Positions 8,018 to 16,879 of a stretch of 36,141 nt of DNA are shown piece by piece; the stretch's first letter is position 1, and every line of letters begins with the position of its first letter. The stretch comes from a virus (taxonomy: Duplodnaviria; Caudoviricetes): the IMG/VR virus record IMGVR_UViG_3300026907_000063, positions 1 to 36,141 of that record; one strand, given 5' to 3'. The notes beneath the pieces were generated by a model. The model ran no database searches. It saw only the letters and a list, made by a program, of their open reading frames with translations, and had not been told where the DNA came from. The translations under genes and the position numbers were made by a program.

Positions 8018-8532
8018 GTGGGCTTATGTGTAATCAACCTCAACTGTCCCGCCAGGGCCACGTTGTGGTCATCGGGGAGCCCGAAGCCAGGACTGAGCTC
8101 TATCGCCTCACTTACTTCAGTGAAACCATGGCCCACCTAGTTCATCGACACCTCTCCGAAGACCTTCCCGGCATGGGGGTCTGGCTTGAGCACCCAATGT
8201 TGAGAGCCGAAGCCAGAGTCATAAATGGCTTCAAGGGTATGGAGCGCGACTGCTGGAGATTCCTCCAACGAGCTATGGAGCAAAGCCAGTACCCCGTAGG
8301 GCGAACGTTTCTGATGCTTTACCTGCATCACATCAAAGATCGGCTGCCGCGGGAGGAGAGCCAAATCATCCTCGCACTGATCGCATATGCGATTGACCCG
8401 ACGTCTGACGAGTGGCTCGACATCCTTCTGGGTTCCCCCGGAGAGATTATCGATATTCCCGCCTCAGCCTTGCGGGCCACCCGGCCGGATACAACGCTCA
8501 TATGTGGCGCGATCGCGCCCTCGAAACCATGA
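8014..8532 (+). CDS. Hypothetical early protein
   Basis: ATGA overlap with alpA, GGAGG RBS, no recognised motif. Confidence 0.7.
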   Translation: MSGLMCNQPQLSRQGHVVVIGEPEARTELYRLTYFSETMAHLVHRHLSEDLPGMGVWLEHPMLRAEARVINGFKGMERDCWRFLQRAMEQSQYPVGRTFLMLYLHHIKDRLPREESQIILALIAYAIDPTSDEWLDILLGSPGEIIDIPASALRATRPDTTLICGAIAPSKP

Positions 8533-8548
8533 ATGTTGGAGGTGTGAA

Positions 8549-9514
8549 ATGAATACTGCAGCCAAACTGACCCGCCAGGATTCCACCGTTCTTCAACCCC
8601 GCCTGCGTAAACGCGCCAAGCCGGTAGAGGTTCGGGAGCTTTATGGCTTCACGATCATCGGTGACAAAGTCCAAGGGTATTTTGTCTCGGGAACGGCTTC
8701 AAACGGTGTGGAACTGGATCCGGTTGGGCCATTCCCGAATGAGGAGCAGGCCGCGAAGGTGGTTGCCAGCCTCGAGGACTACTTCCCCGATGAGCAATAC
8801 CGAGTCGATATTCGCGGCGTCGATTTCATCGGCAATTTTGAACTTAGCCAGCAGCACCAGGGGGCAGCTTTCGTTATTCGCAAGCGTCTGAACACTGCCT
8901 ATGCAAAGCGTCACGGGCTTTTCCGTGTAATCGACGGCTGGACATTTGCCTATTACGTCAAGCTGAAGTCGGCCGGCCTGGTGTTTGAGCGTATTGGTGG
9001 TGACGACGATCTTCCGATTCATGTCGAGCGCGGTATTGACCCCACGAAATCAGAAGAAGCTACTCCTGTTGGCGTACTTGGCCCGTTCGAGCATGAGGAG
9101 GAGGCTGAGGCGGCGCTCCTAGCTATTGCAAGGGTGTTTCCGGAGGAGTCGTTCGATATTCACTGCTCGCAAATTGCTAGTGGTTTGTATCTGCCGATGA
9201 AGCTACCGAAGCAGCAAGAGTTGGCACGCCAGAAGGTTGCCGCTCTTTCTTCCCGTTGGCGCCATCTCGGCGGGTTCGTGAATTACTACACCCTGGATGA
9301 TTCCATTCAGCGTGCTCCGTTCGGCAAGTTTGGGCCGTTCCCTTCGTTGAAGGCTATGCGTGCAGCGGAGAAGACCATCAAAGCTCATTACCCGGGAGCA
9401 ACAGTGGTGAGACGCCGCTGCGGGTTGGATGAAGACATGGCCAGTGCCAGTCATGCCGCGCTGTGCATTGAGTACGCCAAAACCCTCGAAAAACTCGCTG
9501 CCCTAGGAGCCTGA
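8549..9514 (+). CDS. Early protein with three internal GPF-x-x-x-x-A (SPOR-like) repeats
   Basis: GPFPNEEQAAKVVASLEDYFP, GPFEHEEEAEAALLAIARVFP, GPFPSLKAMRAAEKTIKAHYP; GGAGGT RBS before ATG 8549. Confidence 0.75.
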   Translation: MNTAAKLTRQDSTVLQPRLRKRAKPVEVRELYGFTIIGDKVQGYFVSGTASNGVELDPVGPFPNEEQAAKVVASLEDYFPDEQYRVDIRGVDFIGNFELSQQHQGAAFVIRKRLNTAYAKRHGLFRVIDGWTFAYYVKLKSAGLVFERIGGDDDLPIHVERGIDPTKSEEATPVGVLGPFEHEEEAEAALLAIARVFPEESFDIHCSQIASGLYLPMKLPKQQELARQKVAALSSRWRHLGGFVNYYTLDDSIQRAPFGKFGPFPSLKAMRAAEKTIKAHYPGATVVRRRCGLDEDMASASHAALCIEYAKTLEKLAALGA

Positions 9515-9516
9515 CC

Positions 9517-9612
9517 ATGCGCATTCAAAAACGCTGCACCAGCGGCGACGGGATCGGCTTGTCCGAAGAAAGCCAATCAAGTACCTCCGTCTACGAGGAG
9601 GATCGCGCATGA
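9517..9612 (+). CDS. Small ORF (31 aa), not in the ORF track
   Basis: MRIQKRCTSGDGIGLSEESQSSTSVYEEDRA; AGGAG RBS; ATGA overlap with next gene. Confidence 0.5.
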   Translation: MRIQKRCTSGDGIGLSEESQSSTSVYEEDRA

Positions 9613-9845
9613 GCACTGAGCAATCTCCTCTGCATTCCGGCCTGGCGCAGCCTGTTGCCCGGGCCCGAACCATCGCCGGCCCCTGGCCCAGCTATGCCGG
9701 TTTCACCCATCTGCCGGATCGTGAGCGTTGGTTGCTCTACGAGTCGGCCAAGCGCAATCGCTACGAGCTGGAAACCCAGGGTTTCGAGATGGCAGAGCAC
9801 TACGACGCCTTCGTGCAGCGGGTGACACGGGAGCTCGACATATGA
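9609..9845 (+). CDS. Hypothetical phage protein
   Basis: GAGGAGG RBS, ATGA overlaps on both sides. Confidence 0.75.
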   Translation: MSTEQSPLHSGLAQPVARARTIAGPWPSYAGFTHLPDRERWLLYESAKRNRYELETQGFEMAEHYDAFVQRVTRELDI

Positions 9846-10027
9846 AGCTCCTGGAAGCCTACGAAACCGAGGTCGGCAAGCGCGGCGACTATCTGGAAAT
9901 CCGCCAGACAGATCAGGTGTGGGAAGTCTTCTCGATACTTTTGTCGCCGTATCAGGCGAGGTTGGTCGCTCAGGAGCTTCTGCGGCTTGCTGATGAGGTG
10001 GAGGGTGGTGCTGATGTCTCTGCCTGA
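9842..10027 (+). CDS. Hypothetical phage protein (61 aa)
   Basis: MKLLEAYETEVG...; GGAG RBS, ATGA overlap with previous gene. Confidence 0.65.
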   Translation: MKLLEAYETEVGKRGDYLEIRQTDQVWEVFSILLSPYQARLVAQELLRLADEVEGGADVSA

Positions 10028-11099
10028 ACCGCTCATGCCGGCCGACTGTGACCTGCGCGATTTCCAGTTCATGCCGTTGGATATCGCCAGGTTGTTCGGT
10101 TCAGAGTTCCATGCTCGCGCTTCAGATGGGGAATGGCGCGCCGGGGTTACCTTGTGGCTCAAGTCTTACCACCAGGTGCCCGCGGCCAGCCTCCCGGATG
10201 ACGACGTGGCATTGGCGCGCCTGGCTGAGTACGGGCGCGATCTGTCGTCCTGGCATGGGGTTAAGGACGGCGCTCTGCATGGCTGGATCAAGTGTTCGGA
10301 TGGGCGTCTGTATCACCCGGTGGTTGCCGAGAAAGCACTGGAGGGGTGGTTGCAGAAGCTCCAGGGCCGGCTGCGTGGTGGCAAGGGGAACGCCACGCGC
10401 TGGAAGCTGGCCTTTGATCCAAAAGAGCTCGAGGCACAGGTGCTCGAGGCTTCCCGATTGCTGCGTGCTTTGAAACCTTTATCCATGGCGACTCGTCCGG
10501 ATATCCAGCAGGTATCCGGCGGGGAATGCCCGGATTATCCGGCGAGTATCGCCAGTGGATCGGCTGAGAATCCTGCGAGCATCCTTGAAGGATCGCACGA
10601 GCAATCCTCTGAGGATCGCAAGGGACAGGGACAAGTAAAGGGAGAAGATAAAGATCAAGAGCATGTCCAAACCGGGCAAGCCGGCCAGGACGCTCGTGCC
10701 CCGGAACAGGTCTCCAGCAAGGTGCAGGGGAAAGCCAAACCAACCAGTTCCAAACTGGATCCGCTGGAGGGCTTCGACCAGTTCTATCGGTTGTACCCAC
10801 GTCGGCAGAAACGACCTGATGCGGAGAAGGCCTGGCGCAAGCTGAGCCCTGAGCAACGCCAGGCTGCCATGGCTGCACTGCCCGCACACTGCCAACGGCC
10901 TGACTGGCTCAAGGATGGCGGCCAGTTCGTGCCGCTGCCGGCGTCTTGGCTGAACGGCCAGCGCTGGGAAGACGAGTTGCCCACGCAGAACACCCACCAT
11001 CCCCCGTCGCGCTTCACCGGACTGGATCAGATCGATCACGAAGCAGGGCTTGAGCTACAGCCCGATGGCACCTACCGGATAGCGAGGCAGCGAGCATGA
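10014..11099 (+). CDS. Phage replication initiator, DUF1376/YdaU-like N-terminus
   Basis: DCDLRDFQFMPLDIARL, HQVPAASLPDDD..LARLA, GWIKCSDGRLYHPVV; C-terminal FDQFYRLYPR...AEKAW...PASWLNGQRWED; precedes loader and helicase. Confidence 0.85.
   Translation: MSLPEPLMPADCDLRDFQFMPLDIARLFGSEFHARASDGEWRAGVTLWLKSYHQVPAASLPDDDVALARLAEYGRDLSSWHGVKDGALHGWIKCSDGRLYHPVVAEKALEGWLQKLQGRLRGGKGNATRWKLAFDPKELEAQVLEASRLLRALKPLSMATRPDIQQVSGGECPDYPASIASGSAENPASILEGSHEQSSEDRKGQGQVKGEDKDQEHVQTGQAGQDARAPEQVSSKVQGKAKPTSSKLDPLEGFDQFYRLYPRRQKRPDAEKAWRKLSPEQRQAAMAALPAHCQRPDWLKDGGQFVPLPASWLNGQRWEDELPTQNTHHPPSRFTGLDQIDHEAGLELQPDGTYRIARQRA
10481..10620. repeat. Phased ATC(C/G) iteron-like array; probable replication origin
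   Basis: ATCS at 10481, 10503, 10514, 10537, 10548, 10559, 10570, 10581, 10592, 10604, 10615 (11-12 bp period) in the initiator's linker. Confidence 0.65.
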
Positions 11100-11884
11100 G
11101 TGCCCCCAAGTACACCCTGAAAACCAAGCCTCACCAGGTCTGCGAAGCGCACGGTGATTTCGACGACCACCTGATCGAGCAGTTCGACGGCGCCCCGATC
11201 TGGCGTGGTTGCCCGCGCTGCCACTTCGACGCGAAGAACTCGCATGACGAGTCGGTGAGCCAAACCGCAAAGCTGGTGCAGGCCGACCGCGATCTGAACC
11301 AGCGTTTGCTGGATACCGGAATTCCGCCCCGGTTTCGTCCGGCGACGCTGGCGAACTACCGCACTGACCGCCATGCCCATCAGGCCGGCGTGTTGCAGGC
11401 CTGCCTGGATTACGCCGAGCACTTCGATGATGGGCTGCTCTCCGGCCGCTCGATGCTGCTGCTCGGCACCATGGGCACCGGCAAGACGCACCTGGGCTGC
11501 GCGGTGTTGCAGCAGGTGGTGCGCGACTTCAGCCGGTTTGGCGTCGTCGGTCACTACGTGTCCGCACCTGGAATCATTCGGTCGGTGAAGTCGACGTTCG
11601 GCAAGTCCGAACTCAGCGAGGACGATGTGTACGCCGAACTGTGTGGATCGGATCTGCTGGTTATCGACGAGATCGGCGTACAGCACGGTACGGACTTCGA
11701 GCGGCAGGTGTTGTTCGAGGTGATCAATGCCCGCTACGAGCGCAGCTTGCCGACCATCGCCATTTCGAACCTGAACATCCTGGAGCTGCGTAAGTGCGTC
11801 GGCGACCGGGTGGTGGATCGGCTCTGTGATGGCGGTGGCCAGGTGGTGTTGTTTCGCTGGGATTCCGAGCGGGGGCTGGCATGA
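11096..11884 (+). CDS. DnaC/IstB-like AAA+ helicase loader
   Basis: C.AHG...CPRC Zn motif, GIPPRF, Walker A GTMGTGKTHL, Walker B LLVIDEIG, ISN, RVVDRL. Confidence 0.9.
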   Translation: MSAPKYTLKTKPHQVCEAHGDFDDHLIEQFDGAPIWRGCPRCHFDAKNSHDESVSQTAKLVQADRDLNQRLLDTGIPPRFRPATLANYRTDRHAHQAGVLQACLDYAEHFDDGLLSGRSMLLLGTMGTGKTHLGCAVLQQVVRDFSRFGVVGHYVSAPGIIRSVKSTFGKSELSEDDVYAELCGSDLLVIDEIGVQHGTDFERQVLFEVINARYERSLPTIAISNLNILELRKCVGDRVVDRLCDGGGQVVLFRWDSERGLA

Positions 11885-13284
11885 GCGAGAAGCGTGAGCT
11901 GTTCAGCTTGGAGGCCGAGCAAGGTGTGCTCGGTGCTGTTCTGAAGGCGGCGGCACAGCAGGATCTCGAACTCGTCGAAGAGATCGTTGATGCGGTCTGT
12001 GTTGAGGACTTCTACTTCGACGACAACGCCGCTCTGTTCGACGTTATTGCTGATCTGCATCGCGAGGGGATACCGGTGGATCCTGTAACCGTGGCCCAGC
12101 TTCGTCCGACGCTCCCCAGCGATCAGCGGACATTGGCCTATGCCGGCGATCTGGCGGTGAATGTTCCATCAACGGCGAACTGGCGTACCTACGCAACTCA
12201 TGTTCGCGAGCGCTCTGTCCTCCGCAAGGTGGTGGCTGCCGCTGGTGCTGTACATGAGCTGGCGCACGAGAGCCGCCCGGTACCAGAGATTGTTGCCCAG
12301 GCACAGCAGGCGTTGGCCGACCTGCGCGATCTCGGTGACGACGAGCCGGAGGTCTACCGGATCGGGGAAGTGTTGTCGCTGGTGGTCGATCGCATTGATG
12401 ACGACCTCAACGGACGTACGGTGCCGCACCTGTCCACCGGCCTAGTGGATCTGGATCACCTGCTGCGCGGCGGCCTACGCCGCAAGTCGATGGTGGTGAT
12501 TGCCGGTCGGCCAGGGGAGGGTAAGACCACCCTGGGCCTTCAGATCGCGCAGAGCGTGGTGCTGAGCGGCTCTGGTGTGGGCCTGGTGTTCAGTCTGGAG
12601 ATGACCAAGGAGGAGCTGGCCACCCGTGGTATCGCGTCTGTCGGTGGCGTCGACCTGCGCCGTCTGGACGATGCCTCGCAGCTGCAGGACGACGACTGGA
12701 CGAAGATCACCGCGGCGGTGGGCAAGCTGAAACCGGCTGAGCTCTACCTGTGCGATCGCCCGGGCCTGACGGTGGCGCGGATTCGCAGCATCGCCCGTCA
12801 GGTGCAGCGCCGACATGGCCTGGATGTGCTGGTGGTGGACTACATCGGCCTGATCGCCACCAGCGGTCGTGCCGGAAACCGGGCCGAAGCTATCGGTGCC
12901 GTCTCCACTGCCCTGAAGAACCTCTCGAAGGAGCTGTGTATTCCGGTGCTGGTGCTGGCGCAGCTCAACCGCGAGTCGACCAAGCGCACCGGCAAGTCCA
13001 AGCGTCCGCAGGCGAGTGACCTGCGCGATTCCGGGCAGATCGAGCAGGACGCCGATGCGGTGTTGCTGGTGCACCGGGACAAGGAGACCGAGGAAGGGCA
13101 GAACGGCGTGACCGAGCTGATCCTGGACAAGGGCCGGCAGGCTCCGGTGGGCTCGTGCTTCGTCCAGCAGCAGGGGCAGTTCGCCCGCTTCGTCAGCTTC
13201 GCCACCCCTCGCGAGCTGAGCCAGGAGGAGGTGGAAATGGGGCGACCACGGGGAAATCGGTATGCCGAGAGGAGGGCGTCATGA
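11881..13284 (+). CDS. dnaB: Replicative DNA helicase
   Basis: SLEAEQGVLG, GRPGEGKT, FSLEM, VVDYIGL, LAQLNR, SDLRDSGQIEQDAD. Confidence 0.95.
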   Translation: MSEKRELFSLEAEQGVLGAVLKAAAQQDLELVEEIVDAVCVEDFYFDDNAALFDVIADLHREGIPVDPVTVAQLRPTLPSDQRTLAYAGDLAVNVPSTANWRTYATHVRERSVLRKVVAAAGAVHELAHESRPVPEIVAQAQQALADLRDLGDDEPEVYRIGEVLSLVVDRIDDDLNGRTVPHLSTGLVDLDHLLRGGLRRKSMVVIAGRPGEGKTTLGLQIAQSVVLSGSGVGLVFSLEMTKEELATRGIASVGGVDLRRLDDASQLQDDDWTKITAAVGKLKPAELYLCDRPGLTVARIRSIARQVQRRHGLDVLVVDYIGLIATSGRAGNRAEAIGAVSTALKNLSKELCIPVLVLAQLNRESTKRTGKSKRPQASDLRDSGQIEQDADAVLLVHRDKETEEGQNGVTELILDKGRQAPVGSCFVQQQGQFARFVSFATPRELSQEEVEMGRPRGNRYAERRAS

Positions 13285-13325
13285 GCGGTATGAAGCAATC
13301 GAACGTATCCGGGGGTATCCAATGA
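13281..13325 (+). CDS. 14-aa bridging mini-ORF
   Basis: MSGMKQSNVSGGIQ; GAGGAGG RBS; ATGA overlaps with dnaB stop and next start. Confidence 0.4.
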   Translation: MSGMKQSNVSGGIQ

Positions 13326-13609
13326 GCAACGTCGTAGCGGCCCTGCCGCGCAAGAGTATGACCAGTGGCGAGCGGGAGTTTCTGAAACAGGCGAATCGCA
13401 TCTTGCTGGATCAGCCGAATGGTCGGATCGCCTCGGCGGCATTCATGGACATTGTGGCCGACTGGCACGGTTTCCCTGGGCAACTGAGCTTTGGCGATTA
13501 CGCTAAGCGCTGGGTGGCCGAGGGCAACGCCAAGAACAAACACGCTGACAAGCTTCTGCGCGAGCTTTTTGGTCTCGGCACCAACCCGACTCCACGGAGG
13601 GCAGCATGA
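13322..13609 (+). CDS. Hypothetical phage protein preceding Q
   Basis: MSNVVAALPRKSMTSGEREFLKQ...; ATGA-coupled to Q. Confidence 0.75.
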   Translation: MSNVVAALPRKSMTSGEREFLKQANRILLDQPNGRIASAAFMDIVADWHGFPGQLSFGDYAKRWVAEGNAKNKHADKLLRELFGLGTNPTPRRAA

Positions 13610-14007
13610 AAAAGCGCACCTACATGAACAAGCCGCTGGGGGATACCGAGTACCTGCTTGAGCAATGGGGCTGGTGGCGCATGTCCGGCTCAGGAGTTCC
13701 GCGCTACATCTCCCCGGCCTACGTGATCATCCGCGACAACGTCCAGTTGGCCAGCATGTCGCCCAACATCACGGACGAGTTGGCAATGACTGTCGACGGA
13801 TGCGTTGCAAGGCTCTGCGCGAGGGAGAAGGGCCGCATCCGAGGGCCTTTAATGGGGGAATGCCTGTGGCTGTACTTCGGAGAGAAGTGGCCAGCCGCGA
13901 AGGTTGGTAGGTACTACAAGGTCAGTGAGGGCACGGCCAGGGCGGCGATCCGTGCTGGCGTGGCGTGGGTGGATTGTGCGCTTGAGAACTTGAGGGACGT
14001 AGCATGA
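13606..14007 (+). CDS. Q: Antiterminator Q family protein
   Basis: LLEQWGWW, ITDELAMTVDGCVARL, C-terminal HTH ending AGVAWVD; position upstream of late hairpins and holin. Confidence 0.85.
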   Translation: MKKRTYMNKPLGDTEYLLEQWGWWRMSGSGVPRYISPAYVIIRDNVQLASMSPNITDELAMTVDGCVARLCAREKGRIRGPLMGECLWLYFGEKWPAAKVGRYYKVSEGTARAAIRAGVAWVDCALENLRDVA

Positions 14008-14149
14008 AAAAAGTCTTTCCGTACGGATAAATACCTGTTTTTATGGCAGCGTGTCCGGCCTAACAGCATGTGACGCGTGATTTTAAAGCCCTGGCAATCG
14101 CTGGGGCTTTGTCGTTTCTGGCCCTGGAGAAATCCGGGGCTTTCTGTTT
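14008..14149 (+). promoter_or_regulatory. Late control region (pR'-like) with two hairpins
   Basis: Palindrome TCCGTACGGA (14018-14027); hairpins at 14085-14110 and 14121-14140 followed by TTTCTGTTT. Confidence 0.55.
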
Positions 14150-14186
14150 CCGCAGTGCCGGCCCGGCGAAGGGTCAGGAAATGCCT

Positions 14187-14582
14187 ATGAGATTGCCAAC
14201 CATGACAGAGCCAGCATCGACAACTGCGGGTGGATTCCTCCTGTGGAAGCTGGCCACTTGCCTTATCGTCCTGGCCGTAGTCCTGGCAACCATCGTCGTG
14301 ATGTCCATGACATTGCCGAAGACCATCAAGGAGTTCGTGGTAGCGCTGATCAGCACAGTGGTTTCCAGTCTGGGAGGTGGCGCGTTCGTCGTGATGAAGC
14401 TCGGCCTGATTGGCTGGGCTCATGACTATGTTGGCCTGGTTGCACTGGCTGGAGTGGTATTCGCCTGTGGCCTGCCGGCCTGGATCATGGTTCGCGCCTT
14501 CTACGCCTATGCAGAGGTACGCAGCCAGGGAACAGGCTTCGTCGACATGATCCGCGAGATTAAGCAGGCGGTGTGGAAGTGA
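14187..14582 (+). CDS. Probable holin (3 TM)
   Basis: Three hydrophobic segments and charged C-terminus; first late gene after Q; alternative ATGs at 14181 and 14202. Confidence 0.7.
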   Translation: MRLPTMTEPASTTAGGFLLWKLATCLIVLAVVLATIVVMSMTLPKTIKEFVVALISTVVSSLGGGAFVVMKLGLIGWAHDYVGLVALAGVVFACGLPAWIMVRAFYAYAEVRSQGTGFVDMIREIKQAVWK

Positions 14583-14743
14583 GCGGTGAAGTGAACTTTG
14601 ATCTGGCTCGCATGAGGCAAGCTGTAGCCGGGCCACATCGCGTTATGCCGAGCGGTCTGACACGCGAACAATTCAGGCAGTGGATGCTGGGCGATGCAAA
14701 GACCATCGCCGCACGAAAGAGCACCGGATTCGGAGAAGGCTGA
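14579..14743 (+). CDS. Small ORF (54 aa), not in the ORF track
   Basis: MSGEVNFDLARMRQAVAGPHRVMPSGLTREQFRQWMLGDAKTIAARKSTGFGEG; GTGA overlap with holin stop, TGATG overlap with next gene. Confidence 0.6.
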   Translation: MSGEVNFDLARMRQAVAGPHRVMPSGLTREQFRQWMLGDAKTIAARKSTGFGEG

Positions 14744-14871
14744 TGGGTAAGTTGCCAGATATGACCGGTGCATTCGTGATGCTGGGCTGCCTGTGCGCGA
14801 TTGCTGGCTGGGTCGTGATCGAGGGTGCTCTGTGGGTTCTCTCTCACGTGATCATCGGCTGGTCTTGGTAG
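14743..14871 (+). CDS. Small membrane protein (42 aa)
   Basis: MGKLPDMTGAFVMLGCLCAIAGWVVIEGALWVLSHVIIGWSW; GGAG RBS. Confidence 0.55.
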   Translation: MGKLPDMTGAFVMLGCLCAIAGWVVIEGALWVLSHVIIGWSW

Positions 14872-14877
14872 CGCGTT

Positions 14878-15411
14878 ATGGCCTTCACTCCCAAGAAACA
14901 CCGTTTCGTCGGTGAATACCTGAAGGATCTCAACGCAACACAGGCAGCCATCCGTGCCGGATACAGCGCGTCCACAGCATATTCGCAGGGTCAGCGCTTG
15001 TTGAAGGATGTTGAAGTGCAGATGGCCATCGCCGCCGCCCAGGCAGAGCGCAGTCAGGCGACCAAGATCGATGCCGAGTACGTGCTGAAAAGATTGGTTG
15101 AGATCGACCAGATGGATGTTCTCGACATCCTGGCCGATGACATGTCGATCAAGCCTATTCACCAGTGGCCCAAGGTCTGGCGCCAGTACCTGGCCGGGTT
15201 CGATGTTTCGGAGCTTTTCGAAGGCCGCGGCGAAGAGCGCGAGATGGTTGGCTTCCTGAAGAAGCTGAAATGGCCGGACAAGGTGAAGAACCTTGAGCTG
15301 TTGGGCAAGCACGTCGGGGTCAATGCATTCAAGGATCAACTCGACGTCAGCGTGAACATCTCCCTGGCGGACAAGGTAGCGAAGGCCCGTGAACGCGCTG
15401 GCAGGGCCTGA
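14878..15411 (+). CDS. terS: Terminase small subunit
   Basis: FVGEYLKDLNATQAAIRAGYS...G.RLL; KWPDKVKNLELLGKH. Confidence 0.95.
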   Translation: MAFTPKKHRFVGEYLKDLNATQAAIRAGYSASTAYSQGQRLLKDVEVQMAIAAAQAERSQATKIDAEYVLKRLVEIDQMDVLDILADDMSIKPIHQWPKVWRQYLAGFDVSELFEGRGEEREMVGFLKKLKWPDKVKNLELLGKHVGVNAFKDQLDVSVNISLADKVAKARERAGRA

Positions 15412-16879
15412 CGACATCGAGTCCCAGCTGATCGAGGACATTGCTGGCTTCACCCATGACCCGCTGGGCTGCGCGCTGTACTCGTTCCCCTGGGGTGAGG
15501 GTGAGCTGGCGGGCGTTGACGGGCCGAGGGATTGGCAGCGCGACGTGATGCAGGACATCGCTGGCCACCTGCAGAACCCGGAGACGCGCTACCAGCCGTT
15601 GATGATCGCGGTGGCGTCAGGTCACGGCATTGGCAAGTCGGCCGAGATCGGCATGATCCTGCACTGGGCCATGTCGACGTGCGAGGACTGCAAAGTGGTG
15701 TTCACGGCGAACACTGACAACCAGCTCCGCACGAAGACGGCGCCCGAGATTGGCAAGTGGTTCCGTCTGTCGATCAACTCGCACTGGTTCACCACGACGG
15801 CAACAGCCGTTGCTGCTAACGATCCTGGGCACGAGAAGTCATGGCGCGCTGATGCCGTGCCATGGTCTGAGCACAACACGGAGGCGTTTGCCGGCCTGCA
15901 CAACAAGGGCAAGCGCATCGTCCTGATCTTCGACGAAGCATCGAACATCGCCGACAAGGTGTGGGAGGTTGCTGAAGGTGCGCTGACGGACGAAGACACA
16001 GAGATCATCTGGATCGCGTTCGGCAACCCCACGCGGAATACAGGGCGTTTCCGCGAATGCTTCACCCGGTACAAGCACCGCTGGGTTACACGCCAGATCG
16101 ACAGCCGAACGGTTGACGGCACCAACAAGGCACAGATTGCCAAGTGGGCGGCCGACTACGGCGAAGACAGCGACTTCTTCCGCGTCCGCGTCCTGGGTCG
16201 TTTCCCCAAGGCATCCGAACTGCAGCTGATCCCGTCTGACTGGGTAGCCGCTGCCATGCACCGAGAGGGCGTGTATGGCATGGATGATGCCCTGGTGTGC
16301 GGCATCGACATTGCGCGCGGCGGCGAAGACAACAACGTGATCCGCTTCCGGCGTGGCATGGACGCCAAGAGCATCAAGCCTATCCGCATCCCCGGCAGCG
16401 AAACGCGCGACACCACGCTGTTCATTGCCAGGGTTTGCACGGCGGTGCAGGAGCACAGCCCGGACGCGGTATTCGTCGATTCGACGGGCGTCGGTGGCCC
16501 GGTCGCCGACCAGCTGCGCCGGCTGATGCCAGGCGTGCCGATTATCGACGTGAACTTCGCCAGCGCGGCTCCTGACATTCACTACGCGAACATGCGCACC
16601 TACATCTGGTGGCGCCTTCGCGAGGCATTGCGCGCCGGCCTGGCCATCGATGACGACGCCACGCTGGAAGCCGAGCTGACCAGCCCCGAGTACAGCCACA
16701 ACCAGCGCGACCAGATCGCCCTGGAGAAGAAGGCCGACATCAAGAAACGCCTGGGCATCAGCCCGGACGATGCCGACGCATTGGCCCTGACGTTCACATT
16801 CCCGGTTCAGCGCAACCGGAACACCGGCGACCGTGGCACTGGCCTGGTTTCTGACTACGACCCCTATTCGGAGAAATGA
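15389..16879 (+). CDS. terL: Terminase large subunit
   Basis: ASGHGIGKS, IFDEAS, FGNPTR, GIDIARGGED, SPDDADALALT. Confidence 0.95.
   Translation: MNALAGPDDIESQLIEDIAGFTHDPLGCALYSFPWGEGELAGVDGPRDWQRDVMQDIAGHLQNPETRYQPLMIAVASGHGIGKSAEIGMILHWAMSTCEDCKVVFTANTDNQLRTKTAPEIGKWFRLSINSHWFTTTATAVAANDPGHEKSWRADAVPWSEHNTEAFAGLHNKGKRIVLIFDEASNIADKVWEVAEGALTDEDTEIIWIAFGNPTRNTGRFRECFTRYKHRWVTRQIDSRTVDGTNKAQIAKWAADYGEDSDFFRVRVLGRFPKASELQLIPSDWVAAAMHREGVYGMDDALVCGIDIARGGEDNNVIRFRRGMDAKSIKPIRIPGSETRDTTLFIARVCTAVQEHSPDAVFVDSTGVGGPVADQLRRLMPGVPIIDVNFASAAPDIHYANMRTYIWWRLREALRAGLAIDDDATLEAELTSPEYSHNQRDQIALEKKADIKKRLGISPDDADALALTFTFPVQRNRNTGDRGTGLVSDYDPYSEK

Noticed and set aside
14035..14049. Second LexA box
   Set aside because: Spacing is CTG-N9-CAG, not N10
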